Under the pieces are notes generated by a model. It saw nothing but the letters and a program-made list of their open reading frames with translations, searched no databases and was not told where the DNA came from. Shown piece after piece: positions 57,659 to 64,000 of a stretch of 64,000 nucleotides of DNA. Origin of the DNA: a virus. Each line of letters begins with the position of its first letter. Position 1 is the first letter of the stretch. The position numbers were made by a program, and so were the translations under genes. Location of the stretch: IMG/VR virus record IMGVR_UViG_3300031951_000121, positions 3,357-67,356 of that record; one strand, 5' to 3'.

Positions 57659-58258
57659 ATGTACGGACAAACGGGGTTAAACAGAGTAGAGAAAATATTT
57701 ATACAGGAGTACATCATTGATCAGCACCCTGCTAGGGCTTATCAAAGGGTGAACCCTGGTACTACCCTAACCAGTGCGAATACGGCTGCCAAGAAACTTC
57801 TAGCCAAGCCAGAGGTTAAAGCGAGAATAGAATTACTTCTCTATGAGCGACAAAGAAAGCATCAAAGGGTAATGGAAACAACCATAGAACGGTTAAACCT
57901 TTTAGCGGGGGCTAACGTCAGAAGTGTTATCTCTGACATTGAAAACGGAGTAGTTAAGCTCAAGAATTATGAGGACTTAACCGAGGACGATTTATACACC
58001 ATTAAAAAAATCTATCAGAAAACAACCGCTAAGGAGACTACGACTCATATTGAGATGAAAGATACCATCCCCGCGTTGAAGGAAATAACGGAAATACTCG
58101 GGCTAAAAATGGATCTCAATCAGGTTATGAATGTTCTAAGACGACATGGCTATAATTTAAAAATTGACCCAACTGGCAACGAGAAATGGGCTTTAGAGGA
58201 GATAGACCCTAATGCGATCGCTGAACCCGATACCACGACCTTTGACGCTGAAGAATAG
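57659..58258 (+). CDS. terS: terminase small subunit
   Basis: FIQEYIID..RAY..AAKKLLAKPEVKARI; overlaps terL. Confidence 0.88.
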   Translation: MYGQTGLNRVEKIFIQEYIIDQHPARAYQRVNPGTTLTSANTAAKKLLAKPEVKARIELLLYERQRKHQRVMETTIERLNLLAGANVRSVISDIENGVVKLKNYEDLTEDDLYTIKKIYQKTTAKETTTHIEMKDTIPALKEITEILGLKMDLNQVMNVLRRHGYNLKIDPTGNEKWALEEIDPNAIAEPDTTTFDAEE

Positions 58259-60095
58259 GATTAGCTCTACCCCGAAAAAAGAGGTTAAAAAAAGCATATC
58301 CCTGAGCTTACAAGAACTGCCATTAGAGTTTTGGCAAGCAATGCGATCGCGTGGCATCAACTACAGGGGAGAAAAGTTGGTGCTATACCCGTGGCATGAG
58401 GAATACTTTAAGTTATTAGCAGAGTTTAGGGTAGCGATCGCCCTCGTGACGGGAGCAGCACAGACAGGAAAAACGGTAGGATGCACCCTATTGATGGTCT
58501 GGCTGTTGACTGAGAAAGGATTAAATACTATCTGGAGTTACGCGGGGGAACGGGCATTAAACAACTTAGTTCCTAGACAATTTAGACCGATGATTAAGCA
58601 TTATCTCAAGAGGCTAGGAGAAAAAGAATCGGGGGGAACTCAGAATAATACCCTCTACCAGTACAAGCAATCTAACGCTTCCTTCGTCTATACCTCGACT
58701 GGAAGAAGTACCGAGTCGGGATTGGCTCAAGCAGGTAGTACCGTAGTCGGGATGGATGCTGACATCGCTTTCCTTGAGGAGCGATCGCAGTATCCCCCTG
58801 GAGCAGATGCCCCCATCGAGCGGCGGCTAGATGCCTCTAGGATTCCTACCCATCCGATTAGGGCGTTAGGGACACCTGGGAGCGGTTTAGGGATTGAGGC
58901 AGAAATAGAAGATGCTGACCATTATTTCTATCCCGCGATCGCTTGTCCCCATTGCCAAGAGGAGATTTTTCTAGATCCCAAGGGCTGCATTCTCAAGCCG
59001 AAAATCAAAACCCTACCCAGTGGGGAGATTAAGACGGTCTACCTGAGCGACACGGGAAAACCTGACTCGTGGCACTGTAGGGATGAGAGCAACGCGATCG
59101 CTACTGCCTACATTGCTTGTCCTGAGTGCGGGGGTGAACTGACAACGGAACACCGAAAAACCGCGCTATTTAAGGATCGGTATACGGGGGTATGGCTCAA
59201 GGACTTTTTGGCTTCCCTCGATGGCATTCCTACTAAACGGCTTAAGGCAGGGATTAATCTTAGCCCTCTGCTACGGGTAACGGAGTACAATCTAGCCTCT
59301 GAGATTATCCAGTCAGGACTAGGCACGTCTAACCCGTTCGATTGGTGTCAGCAGATGCTAGGACACCCCTCCGAGACAGCCTCAACCAATATCACCCTAG
59401 AGATGATTAAGAACGCGATCGCCGCCCCCATTCCGAGCGGTGAACCGAGCTTTACTCTCTGCGGGATTGACCAGGGACGGGCTGAACACTGGATGTGGAT
59501 ATGCTCGTACTATCTACCTCAAGACTGGCTAGAGTTGAGCTTTAGCGAAGTCTGCGATCGCACTATCAGGGTAGTGGAATGGGCGGGGGATATTGCCAAA
59601 GGGGAGATAAGCACTCGATTAGAGGAGTACCGAGTAGATTTTGGGATTATCGATAATGAGCCCGATATTGATGGGGCATCCCGCTTGTGTGAAGAGTGCA
59701 AGGGGATTTTAGAGATGGCAGATCAGAAGGTCGGGCAGCTAGAGGAATTTAAGGAAGGCTTGGCTCGGGACGGGGGCGATGAGTATCCTTGTTGGAAAAT
59801 CAGAAGTGAGAAGTACCAAAGGGCTGTACTGAACGGTTTTGTACTCTCGGTTGACGATTATCCCCTGTATCGGCTTCCTTCCGAATGGACTCGCTATTAC
59901 AGCCAGAAGACTGAGCGATCGCCCATTAGACACCTAACAGGGGTATCCTATGACCCCGCTAACGGTAAATGGCTACGGGACAAAAACCACATTGACGATC
60001 TGTTTTTTGCTGCTCACTTCTGTGAGTTCGCTTTTGCCCTCCAACTAGAAGGACACAACACCCGAGCTAAAATTAATAGAGCCTACGGGTATTAG
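58212..60095 (+). CDS. terL: terminase large subunit (GpA-like)
   Basis: GAAQTGKT Walker A, FLEE, GTPG, CPHC/CPEC, GIDQG nuclease motif. Confidence 0.9.
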   Translation: MRSLNPIPRPLTLKNRISSTPKKEVKKSISLSLQELPLEFWQAMRSRGINYRGEKLVLYPWHEEYFKLLAEFRVAIALVTGAAQTGKTVGCTLLMVWLLTEKGLNTIWSYAGERALNNLVPRQFRPMIKHYLKRLGEKESGGTQNNTLYQYKQSNASFVYTSTGRSTESGLAQAGSTVVGMDADIAFLEERSQYPPGADAPIERRLDASRIPTHPIRALGTPGSGLGIEAEIEDADHYFYPAIACPHCQEEIFLDPKGCILKPKIKTLPSGEIKTVYLSDTGKPDSWHCRDESNAIATAYIACPECGGELTTEHRKTALFKDRYTGVWLKDFLASLDGIPTKRLKAGINLSPLLRVTEYNLASEIIQSGLGTSNPFDWCQQMLGHPSETASTNITLEMIKNAIAAPIPSGEPSFTLCGIDQGRAEHWMWICSYYLPQDWLELSFSEVCDRTIRVVEWAGDIAKGEISTRLEEYRVDFGIIDNEPDIDGASRLCEECKGILEMADQKVGQLEEFKEGLARDGGDEYPCWKIRSEKYQRAVLNGFVLSVDDYPLYRLPSEWTRYYSQKTERSPIRHLTGVSYDPANGKWLRDKNHIDDLFFAAHFCEFAFALQLEGHNTRAKINRAYGY

Positions 60096-60120
60096 TGCCG
60101 CGCGATCGCCAGAGGAATCA

Positions 60121-60412
60121 TTCACCAACCCCGCCCTGAAAGAGACGGGGATTGACCAAACCAATTTGGTTGACGCAAGAGGTGAATAGCCCATTGAGAC
60201 ACAATTTGGCACAAACTTCCGAATGCTTCCCTAGTTCGGATTCCCTTTAAACCTAATTGGTTAGGTGCTGTCAGACAGGACATCTTAGTTGTGTTGGGCG
60301 AAGGGACTTAAACGAGTTTGCTGGTTCTCGCCTTATCGGGAATAAAAACCAGTTTCCCTTCGGGGAATGTCAAGCCGTCCTTGTAGGACGGGGTTTCAAA
60401 CCCAAATTTTCA
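60121..60412 (+). mobile_element. non-autonomous IS200/IS605 element carrying a HEARO/IscB-IsrB-type omegaRNA
   Basis: 5' hairpin CCCCGCCCTGAAAGAGACGGGG; ACTTCCGAATGCTTCCCTAGTTCGGA and GGGCGAAGGG HEARO-like motifs; 3' hairpin CCGTCCTTGTAGGACGG; ATGA 3' flank; no nuclease ORF. Confidence 0.85.
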
Positions 60413-60559
60413 ATGATTTACCTAAATGAAGATGCCGTTACCGCGCAGATTAAATCTTGCCAGAGACGACCAGAGGGGGATGTCTACTGCCAATGGTGCA
60501 AAAAAAAGCAAGCTCACTTGTGTGAGCTTGCTAAATCTAGAAATCAGGTATTAAGCTAG
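60413..60559 (+). CDS. 48-aa Cys-containing peptide separated from its RBS by the insertion
   Basis: The empty site reads AGAGGAATCA-ATG. Confidence 0.5.
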   Translation: MIYLNEDAVTAQIKSCQRRPEGDVYCQWCKKKQAHLCELAKSRNQVLS

Positions 60560-61075
60560 TTTTTTCCGTGGCTTGACTTTTTTCTCTTCTTTCTTCTCGA
60601 AATTCTTGCAATCTACTACTCCGTACTTAGCTGCGATCGCGCTTAAGTCTTTGTTAGAGCTAGACCACCGCGCATGGGCTTCACTCCGATAGTACCAGCA
60701 TCCTCTTTTAGCGTGCCAACGGCATTTTAATTCTTTGAGGTTTTCTTTGTAGGGCTTGGTATCACCGATGACCCATACCCATACACCTATTAAGTAAATG
60801 TCAATGTTAGGCATTTGTAGGGAAAGAAGTTTAAGGATAACTTCCATTAACTCAGTTTCTACAGATTCATCATATTTATAGGTATGAGAAACCCCCTCAT
60901 CATCTACTGACACTTGACCTTGACATTTTTTTAGTGCGGCTTGATATTGGTTGTTTATCTCCTGCATGGTGGCAGTATCGCCGCCTAAGTCGGGATGGTT
61001 TTCCACCGCTAGTTTTTTGTAGTGAGCTTTGATTTCTTCTACTGTGTTTAAGCCTTGAAAAAAGTTAGCAGTCAT
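60551..61075 (-). CDS. J-domain (DnaJ-like) protein
   Basis: EEIKAHYKKLAVENHPDLGGD..MQEINNQY. Confidence 0.88.
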   Translation of the reverse strand: MTANFFQGLNTVEEIKAHYKKLAVENHPDLGGDTATMQEINNQYQAALKKCQGQVSVDDEGVSHTYKYDESVETELMEVILKLLSLQMPNIDIYLIGVWVWVIGDTKPYKENLKELKCRWHAKRGCWYYRSEAHARWSSSNKDLSAIAAKYGVVDCKNFEKKEEKKVKPRKKLA

Positions 61076-61157
61076 TTGATTTACCTCGTTTGTTGTTTAC
61101 TCTTTTATAATAACTTTCTCTATTAAGATTGTACCTCCGTAAATATACTGAACTTTT
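61076..61157 (-). promoter_or_regulatory. cassette promoter, copy 7
   Basis: TCAGTATATTTACGGA GGTACA-N17-TATTATAAAAGAGTAAACAA..CGAGG. Confidence 0.85.
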
Positions 61158-61233
61158 ATGGGTAAGGGAGAATGCGATCGCACAGGCATTAAAAAACCCC
61201 CTTGCGGGGGTAGATGATGGTTGAGGTAGAGCA

Positions 61234-61545
61234 TTAAAGCTCCCCTAGCCCCTCCCATATATCGGAGATTATTTCGTTATTGACTTCTAGTTCATTTCCG
61301 TCTAAATCGGTGACTATTATCCCATCCGATCTGCGATGATGCCATTTAATGGCATCGGTATTAGCATAAATAGCATGAGCGCAGTCTGTCTGATGATTAA
61401 CGTTGGCTATCCATTGCAGCCCTGCCTCTTCGCATTTTTTCGCGTTGTACGCAAGGCATGATTCATAGTCGTCTCCTGTTATATCCCCAAAATATTCAAT
61501 AGCAGTAGGTAGTATAACGATAATGGGCTGATTAGTAGCAGTCAT
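61234..61545 (-). CDS. small acidic orphan protein under the cassette promoter
   Basis: Terminator CCCCCGCAAGGGGG-TTTTTT follows. Confidence 0.8.
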   Translation of the reverse strand: MTATNQPIIVILPTAIEYFGDITGDDYESCLAYNAKKCEEAGLQWIANVNHQTDCAHAIYANTDAIKWHHRRSDGIIVTDLDGNELEVNNEIISDIWEGLGEL

Positions 61546-61629
61546 TTGATTTGCCTCGGTTGTTTTTGTTTACTCTTTTATAATATCCTCGCCTATCCAC
61601 ACTGTACATCCGTAAATATACTGAACTTT
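61546..61629 (-). promoter_or_regulatory. cassette promoter, copy 8
   Basis: TCAGTATATTTACGGA TGTACA-N17-TATTATAAAAGAGTAAACAA..CGAGG. Confidence 0.85.
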
Positions 61630-61988
61630 TATTTTTGCCAGAGTGCTTTGGAGCAAAATAGACTACGGGTTATGCGATCACACAAGCAGTGAGCGGGGTC
61701 ATGGGTGATGCAACACACTGAAGCGGTGTGATAGCGATCACATTTTTGTAGGCAAAAATACCTCAAAATAGCGTAAAATATAGGTAATGTACTTTATTTA
61801 CTCTCCATGATCACCTCTACAGAAACGCATCAGATATGGAATAAGTGCGCGATAGGAAAACATAACCCTAAAGCCGTATTATTGGGCAGTGCAGTGATTT
61901 GCGACTTCGATTCAGAAGAAAAAGCCGCAAAATTTACTAAGCTACTAAACAGTTTCCTGACTGCCACCTACACGGCTATAGACAATAG

Positions 61989-62255
61989 TTAATCATCATT
62001 ATTATTCACGTGTTGGTTGTGTTCTACTGACCAAACTAAAATTGCGGTCAGGTACTCAACCATCATCAAGACAGGCATTTTAGTTAAATACTGCATCAAG
62101 GTGTCAGTATTTAACTCTTTTTTGCCGTTTATGAAGGTTGACAACTCCTGCGGCGATTTGTCAACCATCTCCGCAAATTTGGTTTTGGGTATGCCGTATT
62201 TAGTCAGCATACTACCCATTAGAATCCCCAAATGGAGCTTTTCGGCGGTTTTCAT
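61989..62255 (-). CDS. XRE-type HTH regulator (repressor/Cro candidate)
   Basis: KTKFAEMVDKSPQELSTFINGKKEL. Confidence 0.75.
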   Translation of the reverse strand: MKTAEKLHLGILMGSMLTKYGIPKTKFAEMVDKSPQELSTFINGKKELNTDTLMQYLTKMPVLMMVEYLTAILVWSVEHNQHVNNNDD

Positions 62256-62570
62256 CGTGTTTAGTTCCTTGCGTGACAGCTGATAAATCTATTATGCAAG
62301 GAGTTAAATCAGTCGTCAATGCGATAAGGGTAAAAATTGCATTTAAAGCATATTTCTTTAGGACTAAACGGTTTGTGTGCAATTTTCCTAAGACCTCTTG
62401 GCGATCGCGTATGATGCAGGGATCGCGATTATGTGCTTTTAATGCAATTTAAGCCTCAAAAAAAATCGCTTTGGCAAAGCGACAATTCTTTTCTAAGTGA
62501 GATTATTTTTCTACGATAAGCCAAATTATTCGTGCTGTCAATTAATACACTTGTCTAATAGTTGCTTAAT

Positions 62571-62912
62571 TTAACCTTCTCCCAAGAAAGAGCGTCTCCC
62601 CTGACTGATAACCGAGAACGTGCCCTTAAGGGTTTTGGTTTTGACCTCATCGGCTCTCGTTAGGGCAGGGGTAAGCGCGATCGCTTTCTGACGAATATAG
62701 GGAGGAAATTTCTTGATGCAATCTAAAAGGTCATTTTCGTAATTTCTACCTATTAATAATAATTCTTCCATGTCCATAGCTAAAATTAACATTGTCTCTA
62801 ATTTTAGGGACAAATACGGATTAGTTGACATTCCCCGTCTCCTCAACAGTTCAACTCCGTTAACCGCGATCGCGGTTAACCAGATCAATTCACATTCTTC
62901 TTGGGAATACAT
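62571..62912 (-). CDS. hypothetical protein
   Basis: GGAGG RBS. Confidence 0.65.
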   Translation of the reverse strand: MYSQEECELIWLTAIAVNGVELLRRRGMSTNPYLSLKLETMLILAMDMEELLLIGRNYENDLLDCIKKFPPYIRQKAIALTPALTRADEVKTKTLKGTFSVISQGRRSFLGEG

Positions 62913-62983
62913 TGTATATCCTCCGATACCATAAAAGTCACGTAGATTAACAACAAAGACTTGATTTTAATCATTATTTTTTA

Positions 62984-64000
62984 CTACCCTAGCCATTTTC
63001 TCTTGCAGCGAAGGGGTTGTTTAACGATGACTTCCTGTTCCACAGGGCGTAAACTCTTTCGATACTCTTCCAACCATCGGCGATCGCTTCCCTTCGGCTG
63101 ACTGTCCCTCAACCGATTAGCCGCCGCCTCTGCGATCGCTAACGGGGAAACCTGCCGCCCAGTGCGTCTGTTCTCGTCAACTACCTGCCGCTCCATCCAA
63201 GCCACGAATGACTCCTCTTCCTCAATCCCCTCAAATAAACTGTCAGGGCGATTCGCGGCGTATTTCTCAGCGATTCTTTTTTGGCGGGCTAGGGTAGTCT
63301 CCCGATCAGGGGAGAAGAACGGATCTTTTTTTGTATCGTTAGCAGCCTCTAACAGGTCATTTTCGGCGGGTTGATTCTCCCCTAGGTGGTTTGTATCCTG
63401 CGACGGCTCAGGCGCGTTTTGAGCAGCGCGGAGTCTCTCCAATTCTAATTGAGTTCTTTTCTCAACAGCCGCCCGAAGACTTAAACCACAATCCAGCTTG
63501 GCTAATGGTTGACCCCGTAACTCCGCTTCAATCTCTAGCTTGGCTATTTGCCTCCGAGCGATCGCTTTGGGGCTGTCAGGGTCTAAGACTTCGTTGCTTT
63601 GATCATCTTCCGTAATTGAGCAATAATCCGCCTCGCGCGCGCACGTGTTCTGTGCCTCTTCTTTTAATTCTTCTTCTTTATATATAGATGTCGAATCCTC
63701 TTTAGTCGATTTTCCGACTATAAACCCATCCTCTTTAGTCGATTTTCCGACTGAACTACAGTCGATTTTTCGACTAAAGCCATTTTGCTCCTCATCCTCT
63801 TTAGTCGATTTTCCGACTATAACGCTCTCATTTATAGTCGATTTTCCGACTAAACCAGTATCTAGGGGAGTTGCTTTAGTCGATTTTCCGACTATAACGC
63901 TCTCATTTATAGTCGATTTTCCGACTAAACCAGTATCTAGGGGAGTTGCTTTAGTCGATTTTCCGACTATAACGCTCTCATTTATAGTCGATTTTCCGAC
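62984..64000 (-). CDS. replication initiator 2, 5'-truncated by the window end
   Basis: Frame open from 64000 to 62984 (VGKST repeats); NRPDSLFEGIEEE..KWLG is paralogous to DNPRSLFESLTEE..SWLG of initiator 1. Confidence 0.75.
   Translation of the reverse strand, partial: VGKSTINESVIVGKSTKATPLDTGLVGKSTINESVIVGKSTKATPLDTGLVGKSTINESVIVGKSTKEDEEQNGFSRKIDCSSVGKSTKEDGFIVGKSTKEDSTSIYKEEELKEEAQNTCAREADYCSITEDDQSNEVLDPDSPKAIARRQIAKLEIEAELRGQPLAKLDCGLSLRAAVEKRTQLELERLRAAQNAPEPSQDTNHLGENQPAENDLLEAANDTKKDPFFSPDRETTLARQKRIAEKYAANRPDSLFEGIEEEESFVAWMERQVVDENRRTGRQVSPLAIAEAAANRLRDSQPKGSDRRWLEEYRKSLRPVEQEVIVKQPLRCKRKWLG
63704..64000. repeat. iteron array, at least 9 copies of AGTCGATTTTCCGACT (likely origin)
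   Basis: Starts at 63704, 63737, 63760, 63803, 63836, 63878, 63911, 63953, 63986; AT-rich tract at about 63660-63690. Confidence 0.9.

Larger units (their letters stand above)
1..64000. mobile_element. Cyanophage genome (siphovirus-like, probably temperate or phage-plasmid), near complete
   Basis: Packaging, head, tail, lysis, replication and recombinase genes all present; no host housekeeping genes; dense HIP1 (GCGATCGC) and nblA point to a cyanobacterial host. Confidence 0.93.

Noticed and set aside
10531-61629. Variable 16-17 nt segment between conserved cassette blocks as a guide or spacer
   Set aside because: Length and position match a -35/-10 promoter spacer, and I saw no matching targets
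63704-64000. CRISPR-like array of palindromic 16-bp repeats
   Set aside because: Spacers are short (7-27 bp) and themselves repeat in a 75-bp period, the array lies in an open reading frame, and no cas genes are present; iterons fit better

Overview
The window holds most of a long-tailed (siphovirus-like), probably temperate or plasmid-like cyanophage genome, with no host genes. The cyanobacterial HIP1 octamer GCGATCGC is very dense throughout, and there is an nblA gene at 13524-13688 that the ORF track misses. Recognisable functions include terminase, DUF1073 portal, DUF2213/DUF2184 head genes, tail tube, a frameshifted tail chaperone, a 2705-aa tape measure, an RcGTA-type tail tip, M15 endolysin, DnaB, two lambda-O-like initiators with iterons, a tyrosine recombinase, RusA, and C5 and FkbM methyltransferases. 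The virion genes are unusually scattered over many loci on both strands. Main signals: (1) two protein-less IS200/IS605 elements keeping a TnpB-type and an IscB/IsrB (HEARO)-type omegaRNA, whose clean removal restores small genes; (2) about 10 dispersed copies of an operator-promoter-RBS cassette driving small orphan genes; (3) HIP1-ended duplications suggesting HIP1-linked shuffling; (4) a hammerhead ribozyme and T-arm-like elements in one operon; (5) a covarying leader RNA shared by both antirepressor-like genes; (6) a RebB/R-body-like gene. Family calls come from motif recognition by eye, not database searches.
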